Positions 42,799 to 56,093 are shown, counted from the stretch's first letter. The stretch is 64,000 nt of DNA from Ramazzottius varieornatus (GCA_001949185.1 BDGG01000001.1:1546263-1610262), one strand, 5' to 3'. The notes: generated by a model not told the origin, from the sequence alone. Made by a program: numbers and translations.

Positions 42799-45700
42799 AT
42801 GTTAAAACGCGGCTTGCGACGGGCTTCGCCCATCATCTTTGGCACCATTTCCGGTCAGTCAAGTTTGCTTTCTACCAGACGATATCCCCTGTCCTTACTC
42901 TGCCAAATAATTTCACAGGCTGTTCGAGGAACGAAACAAGGCTCGAAAGGTATGCTCGCTGCCTAAACAACCAAGCTCAGCCTGCTGTCATCACTGCTCG
43001 GACTGCACCCGAATCCATTTCGGCATCGTCTGATATCTCGTCAAAGAAACCCTCGACCCTTCCGAACGTCGACGCAGGCTTGGACAAACTTCTCCACAAA
43101 GTCGTGCAGAACCGGTCACTAAACGCCTCGAGGCTGAGGCATCCCGAAACCGAGAACGATGGCCTTCGCCTGAACCTCCTCGGGCTGCCCAAGTACAGTC
43201 CATTATTCAACCCCGTGTCGATGCGCGTCTCCCTTCCCGCATCTGAAATGGTCCCTTTACGCGAACGTCTCCTCTCAATCGACCCTGCTTCCCCTCTCCA
43301 AACTCTTGTGGACGTTCTTCGGGATGTTTCGCTGTTGGCGTCAGTCGCCCGAGGAAGACTCATCGAAGACTATGCTTTCACCACATTCGTTCAGTTGCTC
43401 CAACAGAAGCTCCAGTCCTCCGAAGAAGCCTCCTTCCCACAACTCCACACGATGCTGCAAGCCTTCCAGAGCTTCCACTTCGAGCAGCTAGCTCACAATC
43501 ACGAGACGTCGAATATCCTCCGGAATATCCTCGACCGGAAATGTATGGAAGCCTTACCGATGCTGACCAACCACGAAGCCTTCATCCTACTCGATCTATG
43601 GTACCTTTCTTCGTGTTCGCGTCTAGCCCACTTCCCATCTTTCTTCCTCAGCAAGATTAAGCCTTCCCTGACCAGTATGGAACCGGAGGAGATCGTGCGG
43701 CTGCTGTTCGCAGTGATGCTTCAGCGTTCAGCGGATGCAGGGTTGATGCTGACGATCGAACGGTTGATCCTTCCTCATCTGTCAACCTTCACAGCGTCGG
43801 AACTGGCCGTAATCTGCGCGGGATTCTTCAAGACGCAGACTTCACCAGGATCAGACTTGGTGGATAAACTGTCGAATAGACTACTGGCGTTGGATGGAAT
43901 CGTGCTGCAGAACGACTACAATGTGACCATGTATGCGAAGTTCCTGAGCAGGTACGCCATGCCTTCATTGCATGATAAAATCCAGAAATTGCTGCTAAAG
44001 ATCAAGCCACATACGGAAAACTTGAGTGTGACGTCCTGCGGACATTTGGGAAGCTTGTTGGAGACAACTTTGCAGGTACGAATCAAAAAAGCATTAGGTG
44101 AAAACCGTCAAATTGAGTTCCCAGTCGGAAATGAGACATCAGTGACATGCTTTTCTGTTGTTATACTCACGTGATGAAAGCATGGTTTTTCAGCAAGTTT
44201 GTGCTTGGGCTGTAGTAACCGCAAGTTAGAATGCTGGTAATTGAGCCTTCCGTTGTAGGCCGACGAGGACTTCCTGCAGCGGGTCGCGGAGAAGCTCCTA
44301 AGTAAGTGGCCGGATGTCAGGTTGAAGGATATGGCGAAGATCACCAAGACGTGTGCCTTCTTGAATTTCCGGCCGGAGTTCAAGGGTGTGGATTTCTTCG
44401 AGATCGTGAAGGAGAGCGCGGAGAAACTGCTCGATGTAGACACCATCAGTACCTTCCCCTCAAAACTTGTAGAACTCCTGGCAGCCTTGGCTCAGATGAA
44501 CGTCTTTTCCACGCATTTACTAGGCTACTTGGAGAAGCCAGTTTTCTTCAGAAACTATTCAAGTGAGCAAAATTGACAGCATGGGAGCCCGAGCGTGCTT
44601 TTTCCTAAGTGGCGCACGTCCCTATTGTTATGGGCTGGCAGTGTGCGCTACTTGGAGGAGCGATCTTTTTGAGTTTGTTTGTTTGCCCAGTTTCCAAATG
44701 AAGTATAATCAAAAAATGATTCGGTTTCTCGCTGCTGTTTTCATCTTCTGATCTTTCGTTTCAGGTCAGGCGAAGAGCTTGCTGGCCGATGACGACCTTC
44801 TCAAGCTGCATTATGCGGTCCAGTTAGACTTCCCCGACTACGAACTTCCGGTGGTACCGGAGAAGCTTTTAGAGTCTACCCTGAGGAACAAAGAGATGCG
44901 GGATGGGCCACTGAACACCGCGGTGGCATCCATGCAGAAAGGTCTGGAGACCTTACTGCAAGACTCGGACAAGCATGCGTCTAAGAAAAGCGTCGCGGTC
45001 CTGTCGCCTCTGCCCTACGCTGAATCAGGTACGGAATGGGTTAAATTTTAGCTTCGTATCAAACGCAGACGTGGATAGTCTGGAAAAATGGGACATTGCT
45101 TGTTTCGGACAGAGTTTAAAATGTGTTTCTCTCGTTCGTTTTTAGTTCTGGTCGTGAGACTGAAGGACTTCAGCCCGATTCCTCTTCCTCCTGACTTGAT
45201 AACTTCGAAGCAGCGACATTTGCTACGGAAACCACCCAGTGACCATACATGGTAAGTGACACGAAGAGGACGATGAGTCTCGTAATGAATCTGCTTGAGA
45301 AGAAACTTGAAAGGCCGGCAAACGAAACTTGCAAGATTGTCGCGTGAGGCGGCGCACGATTACAGCCACTATCACTGTCGACATGCGCCATTTGAGATAG
45401 TTGTCTGAAGTGGCGGAGGCCGACAGCCAATAACAATGACGACGTGTGCCACTTATGATGGCGATCTTGTACGTCTCGTTTGCCGATCTCCTACTTTACC
45501 TCTCAGAAAGGAAGACTTTGATGGCGAGTTAGGTTGAATGGTAGCTGACTGTGGAGCGTTTTATCGTTACAGTTCGGTGATACTGTACCATCCATGGTGG
45601 AGTTACTCGAGTCCTCTGCACAAAGCAACGGGTTATCGAGAAATGAAGATACGGCATCTGCAAGCCTTGGGTTACAACGTGATCAACGTGAACCAGATCG

Positions 45701-45879
45701 ACACACAGAACTTAACTTTTGTTCAAAAAATTAAAATGTTGAGAGATCGACTCTTCTTTGAAAAGTATGATACTCGAGCTTCTGTAATAGCACCGGAGAA
45801 ACCCGGAAACATTTTGACTTCAACAGTGAATTTTTCTGCTTCATCTGAACGGAAGGTTTCGATACGAGATTTCGTGTGA
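42799..45879 (+). CDS. FASTKD5: FAST kinase domain-containing mitochondrial RNA-binding protein, FASTKD5-like
   Basis: Arg-rich presequence-like start (MLKRGLRRAS), helical Leu-rich repeats (ELAVICAGFFKTQT; RLKDMAKI; STFPSKLVELLAALAQMNVF), C-terminal RAP-like motif TGYREMKIRHLQALGYNVINV; about 6 exons. Confidence 0.75.
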
Positions 45880-46396
45880 TTTTAATGGTTTTAGCTCAGT
45901 TCAAAATACGCAATAAAGACCGTAAACACATAAAATTTATGACTATGCTTATGACACCATCAACATCGACATGCTGGTGCGAGCGGCCACTCAAAAAAAA
46001 TTGAAATAAAAAAGACATGTAACAAATGCAACAGAGGCTACAGCGAAAGCAAATTGTAAGAACAAAGCAAATTTCGGACCAGTCCATGCTGTCACTCAAA
46101 CTGAGAAATTGAACGGATAAACGATAACAATTACATCACCTTTCGCGCAGTATCAATGATCAGGTTCAAGTAAGGTATATTAAATAAAGGAGACAAAAGA
46201 AACCAGCTCGCCGTCGCAGGTTTTCGCTGCGCCGATCATCTTCTAGACGCATCATTAGGTGCGGCGGACGTCGCACCGGAAACCCTCAGGCAGGTCTTGA
46301 TGAGGTTTGGTTAACAGCAGCAGCTGGTTCTTTGAAGGCCAGGCCAGCAACAGTCTCGCCAGAAGAGCACAGTCTAGGCTGGACAGCTGACGAGCG

Positions 46397-47357
46397 CTAG
46401 GCTGTAGTGGATTCCTCATGCCTACCAGCCTGGCATCTTTCTGATCAGCTTTCAGCCTGAAACAAATGACGTTAGAGGGAGTTTACAGTACGAGTATCCT
46501 ACAGTATACGTTTCACAGATGCAGAATTCTCACTTCCGGCACCACTTCGCGTAAACGTCCTTCAGTTTCTTTGTGGTGTCTCTTGGAAGTTCGATCAGTG
46601 ATCTCATCAGCCATTGAGTTTGAAGTTTCCCGTAAGGCCAGATCAAGCCTGCCGCGTCCAGATCACGGAAGCTCAACCCGCTGGACTTTGCCATCACTTC
46701 ATATTTCCAGTGAATTGCATAATCTGAAGCTTTAACCTTCCATTCGCCAACGACGAATCTCTCGAGCGACTCCACTTGCTGGGAACGGTTCAGGTTATTG
46801 CGGAGACCGCGCTTCTTGAAAGCTTGACGATGTAGCTGGTAGTTGGCAGCCGATGCTCGTGCTTGGGCGACTTCCGCCTTCAACCGTTCGTTCTCTTCCA
46901 CAAAATGACGCATGTCCAGCTCGACCTTGATCCAGTCATCGTGGAATGTTGTCCCGTCGAGAAGCAGCGCACACCTGTCGAAACCCGGAGTGCCACCCTT
47001 GGCCTTCTCCAGAAGGTCCAGCCGACGTTTCATCTGTTCCGTCTCAATCTCCTTATTCTTTAGCTTTTCCTGATACCGCGTTAGCTGCAGCTCGGCTTTC
47101 TCCAGCATGTGCGCCACTGTTTCCCGATCGTCTTCCCGGTGTTTTAGTCTGTCCAGTTCCTCCTTTAGAGCATCGTTTTCTTGGGAGAGAGCGTTGGCAT
47201 CCAGCAGCTTCAGTCGCTCACAATTCACGCGTGAAAGAGGAGCCTTGTTGGAGCGGCCATCTTGTACTCCTTTGTATCCTCTCGGCACTTGTTGTTCTTT
47301 ACTGGGCTGCTTGCGCTTCTTTTCCGCCACCAAGGACTTTTGTCGTTTCGCTGGCAT
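46397..47357 (-). CDS. Uncharacterized coiled-coil protein with basic N-terminus
   Basis: 275-codon ORF with heptad-rich segments (LSQENDALKEELDRLK; FVEENERLKAEVAQ). Probable short last exon 46457-46397. Confidence 0.55.
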
Positions 47358-48077
47358 CTTCGGGCTGTCCTTTAAAATGAAACAAGGTTCAGAAAGAGAT
47401 ATAAAGGGTATAAAGTGAAGGGGAAGACGATATCTGATGCAGAAGATAAATAGCAGAAGCGAAAACAGTTCAGTTCAAAAAGACGCGTGTGGTGCTCTGT
47501 CACGCACCGCGATACAAGGACTTCGCACGCTGCTCGTTGCGACTAATGAGTGCCCACACATCCAGCTGCGTGTCTCAGGTTGCCCTGCGCAGTGAACCAG
47601 CTCCGGTTGGACGGTTCAGCCACTGCCACGCCCCTTCTGTCCTCGTTATTCCTTTGTCTTTTCTTTTCTGGATGGAGGAACGATGGCTACTGTGCCTTGA
47701 CCGACGGGGAAGTTGTTCATAGTGTTCTTTCTTGTTTACAACATCCAGTTTTCTCGCATTGTCCACTGGCCCTAAGTGTTTCGACAGCATTCTGGGCACT
47801 TTTCGCTGCTTTGCCGCTAAATAAGTCGATCGTCCAGTCTCCTTGGACGGATAGCCAACCGTATCTCAGGTAATATAACTGAATCCTTTTCTCTCTGCCG
47901 AGCTATTCTTCGATATCATGAGATACCCTCTCAGATTCTTTCATGTAAACTTACAAGAGACGGCGGTTACCAGTCGGATGAGTAGCTAGCGGGCGGAGCG
48001 CGCAGGACGAGATCCGCCAAGACTTACCAAGTCGCCATCTTGACAGAAGCTCCACATCCCAGAAGCGAGCGACAATA

Positions 48078-48347
48078 CAGACATTAAGTTGCCACCGCCA
48101 GACGAAAGTCCCACTGTAGCTAAGATGAGTTGCAACGTCACTCATAAGCGCAGCAGCTGATCAGAACTTTGAATAGTTGGGCATCCACCATGCTTCCCAA
48201 TGTTAGCCAACCGTAACTCCGATTACGCTATTTTTCGAAAATAAGGGGAGCTCCGGAAAGCAAAATGTAGTTACACGTCACGAAAGGGGCGGAGTAAGGC
48301 CGTAGCTACAGTTGCAAAGTGAACGGGAAGTGGCAACTTAATCTCTA
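48078..48347. mobile_element. Degenerate MITE (270 bp, TA flanks)
   Basis: CAGACATTAAGTTGCCAC...ACTGTAGCTA versus the reverse complement of the right end TAGAGATTAAGTTGCCAC...ACTGTAGCTA. TA at 48076-77 and 48348-49. Confidence 0.7.
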
Positions 48348-48416
48348 TAATAATCAGAGCACATTGCAGCAGCCAACAGCAGCATCAAGCTCTTCGAATT
48401 CCTCGTTCGGGCAACC

Positions 48417-49403
48417 ATGAACGCGGACAGCACCATTCCGCGACCGCCGCACTACTGTTGGGTTGACGTGACGAACTTACCAGCTGATGAGGTGAAAGCG
48501 TCTCGTTGTTACACCTGTAATGCCAGTCTGTTTCACGTCAAATCACAACTTGCTTTACAGAAACTAGTCATCAAAGAACTGAAGAAGTTTGGAAGGATCA
48601 TGACGCTGCAGCTGATGTATCCCGTCCGTGATGAAGTTCGCGTCCAACGTCAACGAGAAAAAGATCGGTGGGAGGACCGTCTATGCAGCTGAACGGGTGT
48701 TCCTGACCGAACTCAAACGAAGGTAAGGAATAGTTTGTCGTACTCAGCGCAATAGGAAGTCGTTAAGCGTTGTATGTCTGACGAGCCCTACAACGTCGTG
48801 TTCAATTTCAGAGCATGCAAGATGCCGGCACCCTGCATCCACCGCCAATCTTTCGTTGGGTTGATGTGGTGAACTTGCCAGCATATCCTGTAAAAGTGAT
48901 AAAGTCTTCGACCTGGAAATAACACCCGGTTCCTTGCATTTATTATCCCTACCTGGACTGAAGTACGAGATGTTCTATACGCTTGTCAGCCGTATTCAAA
49001 CGCCGTCTTTGCAGGCCTTGATTAGGAAAACTGTGGTGAATATGGGTGACATTCAACAGTACACGTTGGTAAAAATGCATCCATCAGCCGAACCGCACTA
49101 CCACACGATCTCGAGCTCGTTCCGGCACACCTGCCAAGCAATCGGGGAATCCCGTGCAGACGCCACCTCGCAGAATTTTTGACCCGTTCCCAAAGCTTCG
49201 CCAGGACGAACGTTGCCGTCACGAGCGCGACGCCACCAAGTACTCCCCTGAAACAACCAGTCCACCAGGCCAAGGGCATGCCAGCTGAAGACCTGTGGGT
49301 GTGCCATCGTAAAGGCTGCCGGCCCTACAATAAACCGTACAAGCAAGAGATTGCCTCCACATACATATGTCTGATCACGACGCGCAGGATGCGGGGAAGG
49401 TAA
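48417..49403 (+). pseudogene. Disrupted gene with two tandem RRM-like repeats
   Basis: PPHYCWVDVTNLPADEVK...LQKLVIKELKKFGRI and PPIFRWVDVVNLPAYPVK...LQALIRKTVVNMGDI are separated by a GT-AG intron (about 48723-48811). Stops and frameshifts are present. Confidence 0.45.
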
Positions 49404-50085
49404 AGGCGCCTGAAGCTGCCCTTACACCCCAGAAACTTACACGTCCTAGCTTGTCCAGACGACGATAAAAAATCTCATGATGGTGAGGAAATGCGCCCTG
49501 GTTATCTGAGATAACGGCATTGTTTCTGTTACATATGATGCATATACAGTTTTACCCTTGGACTAAAACCAGCTTTGTTTTTTTTATTCTTTGAATTCTA
49601 GACATTTTAAAGTTCCACTTTTCTTAATACATAGTAGTAGAGTAATAGAGAGTTCCGACAGTGACGCCTTCCTTGCACTTTCTTGTTTCACGCGGGGTTA
49701 CGGTGTACTCCATTTCTTGAGTTTTAGAGCAAAGTTTTCATCAGTAGAATTTGCGTCGCAGTGTTAACACTAAAATTGACTCGCTGTAGATCTTTCGCAG
49801 CTTAATTGTGCGAAGACCTGGCATCCATTCGGACTGAGATTTGCTTCAGATCATCGCAAACTCAGAGCAATGTAGAAGTATACCTAGATCGCCCAGTTTT
49901 CAAACTGAAGAACGCAAGTTTTCGAAACAACAAGCCTTATCAGTACCTCACACAACTCAAACACGAGACTATCGGTTGCACGAAAATTCATGAGCCGGAA
50001 GCACGGCGAATTGACAGTTCCGCAGAAAGCCATACTACACATCAACTAAGCGGCTGCAATAGAGATAACTAAAAATACAACAGCA

Positions 50086-52963
50086 TCATATCAAGTCAGA
50101 GTCATCCTCTTCCCTGTCTTCCTGCATATTGCTGAAAGTGGCGAAGAATTCCTCGATATCCGCGTCCGTTATTGTCTGCTGCAAAACCATACAACACTTC
50201 AGGCCAGTGTGTAAAATGATCGCTACTATCAGCATATCGTTCTTCTTACCTGTCCTTGCGACAACTTGGTTTGCAGGAACGTGACGAACACTTCTCTCAA
50301 ATTATTGAACCCTGCAAACGGAAAATACCACACTGTAATCAAAATCTGCATTCACTGTGCGGAAGAGAAAGAGGTAACTGAACTTACAGTGCGCCAGCTC
50401 GACCTGCGTGATGGAGTCAAAACCTTCGCAAATCTGCGCAAAGATTTCTTCGGGAGACATTGCAGCTGCACGCTGGACATTTTCCATCTCCTTTGTACCC
50501 TCGCGTTCCTCGTACGAGGCGAAAGTATCCTCGGGATCGAGAAGGAAGTCCACATTCTGTTTCCTGTACATGTCCTGCAGAAAACAAGACGAAAAGATCC
50601 GACATCTGAGTGCAAAGTGAGAGGCAACCCACAAAGTGTCCTACCTGGCAGTCGGAGCACCGACACAAGTTTCCCCACCAGCTTCCGCTGAAGACATAGG
50701 AGCGTCCAGCTGATTGTTGTTCGCCAAACTTTCTCTTCAGTGCAGCCAGAGTGCAGATTTGTCCAGCCTGCAACAAGCGAACAAACTCCTGTCACTTCCG
50801 CACCTGAGTCAACTCAGAAACGACGGAATAGTAAGACTAACCTCTGGAATTAGAGTCAGAAAGTAAGAGATAGTGAGACGAACCTCTGGAATAAAGGCTT
50901 CAGGGTTGTTAAGGTCGGCTTGGTAGTACCGGAGGAAGTCGTGCTCATTGAGGCAGTTACGGCAGACCATCTCGCCTGCCCACTCCTCCCCAAAGTCTTC
51001 TTCCGTCACTCCGATATGTGACGCGTGGTACTGTTCTTCGCAGATCCGGCACTGGACGATATCTTCATCGGCTCCGGCGTTGGCAGCAGTGCCACTGGCC
51101 ACCTCGGTCAAGTTACCAGTACTGGCTGTGGTCCCCGCCAGCGACTTTTTGCAAGTACAAACTACTCCATGGAAGTTCTGAAACATGGAACATCTTGTAG
51201 TTACCACATCAAGCCTTCGAAAACGAGTTAGCATCAATTACGTCATTGTAGACGTTCATCGAATTCTCGCGGTCTTTGTCTGGTATCAACTGACACTTTC
51301 GCGGACCAAACTTGCTGTTACCACAGTCGCACCGAAAGTTCCTGCAGCAAAATAACTCTAAGAAGTTTTGCCGACTTCTGACATCGAAAACCAGAATGAT
51401 GATGAAAAAACACCACCAGATTAAAACGACAAGTCTTGACTCCAGAACCGACCTTCGCGTCAACATGGGAACGATATCGTGGTCTTCGTGACAGTTCAAA
51501 GCACAAGCCAGGCCTATAAATTTTTAGCACTTCAACTTTGAGAAACGCTCAACGGCCAATGTCAGAAGGAAACCTACACATTCCAGCTGGGTCCATCACA
51601 TCCAAAATGCAGGTCCGACAGGCATAAACTAGCTGACGTTTCACGTAACCCTAAAACTCGCACCGGACAGTACTCCAACACCATGGCACTGGGTAGAAAC
51701 GAGTCGATGCCGACCATGCATTGAGTCTCGACAACGTACCTGGCTGTAAGAGCAGTTTCTGGTGGAAGAGTCGATCAGTTCGGCCAGTGCCTTCATATTG
51801 ACATCATCCGACAGTTCGTCATTCTGCTGGTCCTCATGGTCGCTCTTGACCAACGACTCTGCACTTCCGCTTTCGTCCACTGTAGTAGCCGTGGGGGCAT
51901 CGGAGACTCCCGACATGACAGACCCAGTCGAAGGTACTTCAGCTAACTCTCCCCCCCGTCCATGTCCATGTCCGTGGATGTGCCTGTAACCATGCGTGGG
52001 GTTTTCCACCATGTGAGCCAGTTTGGGATGTTGCTGCACCAAGCGGATAAAGGGCGCCGGAAATGCCGTCTTCAAGGCCGACAACTCCACGTCCTTCCCA
52101 TCCAACGTCAGCTCTCCCGGTGCCAATGTCACCGTCGTGATTTCAATAGTCTGGATGACCGGCTCTGTTGCTTCGATTTCGTCGACCACCGGCTCAGTCA
52201 CGATCGGTCCTTCCTGGTGATCCCCTTGAGGCCCTTCCAACGCTTCATCGACCCTCGTTTCCCCATTTTCCACTACACCACCATCCCCGTTGCCTGCTTC
52301 GAGATCGACAGTCCGCGCTTCTTCTGCTACCTCAGCCACTTCAGCAGGTTGTTCTTCCTGTTCTGGTGGAAACTCAACTGTCGGCGTAGTTTGTTCAACA
52401 GGTTTCTCTTCTTCTCCGGAGTTTGCTTGCTCCATGACAGGTTTTACGCTGTTTTCCTCGTCAGACACGGGTAAAGTAGGAACATCGTCTGGGCTTGCAT
52501 GATGATATGTCGTGAAAGCTTCTACAGTCATCAGCACTACTCTGACGTTACCGGTGTTGTCGTCATCAGACCTGACTTCTTGTCCCGCAGTCGCGGATAA
52601 GACGATTATCGGAACATCCACTTCAACGCTCGAGTGATTGCTTCCTTCGGTACTTTCCTCCTTGGCTAAACTTTCCTCCTCGGCTGGTTTCTCGTCAGCG
52701 ATCAACCTAACCTTGTCGTCTGAATTCTGAGGTTGGTCTTCGGGTATCTCGGACGAGTTCAGGGTGGTGGCATTCCGCAGAGAACTTTTCGCACTAGACG
52801 CTTCCTCGTTCGAAAAGGCGTCCTCCAGAGTGCGCTTGTTATCAGCATTGTCAGTTCGGGTCAGATCGACCTGTGGTGCCGTCGAGCTACTGGGGAAGTT
52901 GATCAGGGAGGTGGACATTGGTTGCGGACTGGTAGAGGTTGAGGGCAGGTTGTGCTCCGACAT
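50086..52963 (-). CDS. UBR7: E3 ubiquitin ligase UBR7 with long acidic N-terminal extension
   Basis: UBR box CSYSQ|GYVKRQLVYACRTC...CLACALNCHEDH...RNFRCDCGNSKF; PHD-like VQCRICEEQYH...MVCRNC; C-term FLLDPEDTFASYE...ITDADIEEFF. Confidence 0.93.
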
Positions 52964-53493
52964 GTCGGGTATACGCTTGAAAAAACAAATGTTGAAATCA
53001 AGGAAGAGTGGAATACGATGGTGCAGGAATAAAACAAAACGTTGAGATATATATTGCTAGAATATTTTACTTGACACGACTGACTCCATCATGTCTTCTT
53101 GTCGCAAGAAATTCCACCTTGAGCGGAAACTTCTGGGACGAAATGTAAGATACCCACTTAGCAACATGAAGCATTTCCGGGACTATGCACTGCACCTGTT
53201 GCCGTGATGGGCGCATTGGAAAGACCCGCAAATGAATGTATTCCTTCATGATTACAAGACCGAAGCCTACCACGGTTCGCACAAGGTTTTGCTCCGTGGA
53301 TCGTCGTTTATTTTGGAACATAAAACAACAAAATTAAACACGAACATAAAAAGTTAATGGAACATTCGTGAAAATCGTCTCATAATTCGCAACTTAATCA
53401 GGGCAACACCGGGGAAAAAAGACAAACTAAACGCAACATCAACTGGAATGGCTAAATTCGTGTCTTGAGAAGTAAAGTTACAAAGAATCAGAG

Positions 53494-55215
53494 CTAGACG
53501 GTCTGAGATTCGAAAGAGTACCGGTTAGGCCGCGGAGATCGTGAGAAGCCCATGCGACGGCGGACAATTTCGTGCGAAGGACTTGCGGGTGGAGTTGAGC
53601 GACGTAGGATGCAGAATGAGCGACGAGTTCGAGTGAACAGCAGCAGAGTAAGCTTCACCCCTTTCAGAAAGACAACGACAACAGAGAAAAAGATGAAACT
53701 TAGAACTAGCGAGACGATCCACTTTAGTTTCGCAGACCATGCCTAAAGAAGGAAAAACAGGAAGACAGAAGTTCAAAGATGGAGCAGAAGCTGGAAGAAC
53801 GTACTCGCAAAACAATGCTTCACAGCGTATTCGACAGCGAAAAGAATAGATCGCTGAGTTCGAAAAGCCCTACCTTTAACTTGAAGAACCCCGATCTGTT
53901 TTGCTCAATCGGTTGGTCTCTAATTTTGAAGTAAGTCTCGAAGTTCTTGGCGGGAAACGCTCCCTGCAGGAGGGCTTTGTCTTCCACCTTCCGCCCAACG
54001 TCCGCTTGCTGCAGTTCGTCGGCCAAGCTGAGATCCAACTCGTTCACGTCCGTTCCTGGCTCTTCTTTCCTATAGGAAAAATGTTTGTGGGTGTAGAGCG
54101 ACGAGTTCGAGTTATTCAAGATTATGGAGTTCGAGTTATTCAAGATTATCTGACTTACATGTTGCAGTCGAGGTGAGTGATTGCATCTGAGAGACCTTCT
54201 TTCATCTCGGATAACCAGACAAGTTTGCTGGCTTTAACCTTCAGCTTGTCCTGAATATCCTGGATGTTACTGGTCGTGGGCGGGAACTCAGTCTGCACCG
54301 AGGCATGGCTGAACGACGTCGACGACTTCACCACCGGAGGATTCCCTGAACTCTTGGCTTCTTCCACCAGCTGGTCAGACTTCATCAAAGCCTTCTGCAA
54401 CCCCTCCAGATTCTTCTCTAGCTCTGCCACTTGACTCTTGTACTTTGGAGCCAGGTGTTCGTAGCGTTGGTTCGAGTCTTGCAGCTCGATGATGTCCGAG
54501 ACGAGCTGCTGGTTTCGAGCGCGCAAGCTGTTATTGGCGGCCTCCAAAGTCTTAGCACAAGCTTTATGGACCTCCATTTCTTTGTCATGCTCCTTCTCCA
54601 TACTTAATACCACCTGAAAAAGACAAGGATATAGCAAAGCTTTACTCACCAGTTGACGAAGCACACTCGACCGGGAGGAGAGCAGCAATTTCATGAACAA
54701 ACCGGGAGCTCGGCAAGATCGTATTTTCAAGTAGCGCACGTTATCAGCCGTTAATACTGGAAGCGTGCGCCACTGGAGAAAATAGCCTTGTCGAGTTCTT
54801 TTGCCGAGCGAAAGCCACTCTACATGGGCCCTGTAAAGTGGCTTTGACCGAGCTCGCAATTATGCGTCTTCTTCCTGCAAGTATGAACAAACAAACCACG
54901 CGAAGCAAGTTCTGAGTTGAACTAAAATCGTACCTTTTCGTGATTGTCTTTGAGGCTTCGCAGCTCATCTCGCAAGTCCCCATTCCTCTCCAGATATTCC
55001 TCCACCTGTTGACACAGCTCTGAGATCCGCTCGCGATTCTCATCCAGCTCGCTGGCCATGTTAGATGCTTGTAGAAACAGTTTCTCCACCACGGCAGCCA
55101 GCTTGCCTATAGCTTGTCCATCCATACCATTCTGGTCCAGAGAACGAAAGGATCGCATGATATCCAACGCGATTCCCGCCAGCTCGTCCTGGACGTTCAA
55201 TCGACCTTCATCCAT
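53494..55215 (-). CDS. Coiled-coil protein with RILP/JIP RH1-like N-terminus and C-terminal transmembrane segment
   Basis: Exons about 55215-54934, 54613-54159, 54069-53874, 53742-53494. N-term LAGIALDIMRSFRSLDQNGMDGQAIGKLAAVVEKL. Last exon KWIVSLVLSFIFFSVVVVFLK. Confidence 0.55.
54103..54149. repeat. 24-bp tandem duplication in an intron
   Basis: GAGTTCGAGTTATTCAAGATTAT(G) x2. Confidence 0.9.
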
Positions 55216-56093
55216 CTTTCCAGAACTCTATAAACGATTGCAAAGGATGATAGCACGAACTGAATAGTGTTCTGATGATAGTTTTCCCCCGCGGGAAAAA
55301 ACAACGAAGCCCAATGTCCAGATGTTGCAGTCTTCTGGCCTCCTCTCATCAATGCGCTCAATCAAAGTAAGCAGAGTGTTTTGCTCCGTTCAACAGTTGG
55401 AGTACTGCAGGTCCTACCGCAGCATTCATTGGTAGTGTGAACTCGCCCTACGGCACGAATCACGACGTAGGCAAAAGTAGTCTGACCAGCGGTCGGTTCT
55501 ACGTCATACTGTACATAAGCTGCTCCTCAACGCTGGGTAAGACCGTGGATTCGCAATCATGATTTTCCATAATTTAATCGGTTTAAGCAACAGGAAAAAC
55601 AAACACAAGCGATTAGTAATCTAGAGTCGCAAAATGCAGATCTTATCGTGCTGTCAGAGACAGAAGCAAACAACACTGCACAAACAAGGTAGATGAGAAA
55701 AAAGAGTATAGACTAGGGTTATTTGGTGGAGGATTGGGAATGGAAATCCCTTAGCTTTAGGATGCGCTCATTCAGTCAACAATACAGCATTTGCCCGAAA
55801 TCAACGGCTACTGCTAACGCGGAGAGCCACAACGAGGAAAACTGAGAAGGAGCAAAGGTTGAGGAAGAGGCTTAACACTTGGGAAAACGACAAGGGAAAA
55901 AGACCAAAAAGTGTGGGCGTCGACAAATGGCCGAGCCAGATTTAAGAAAGAACCCACAAATGGGTTCTTCTAGGGAGAAATTACAAAATAAAAGAGACTA
56001 CCGTAAAAACTGTAACCGACAAGGAAGTAAAACACCAACGTATATTGGACCACCAGGGACGATTCTTTTCTGTCTTATTGGACGAGAAGCACC

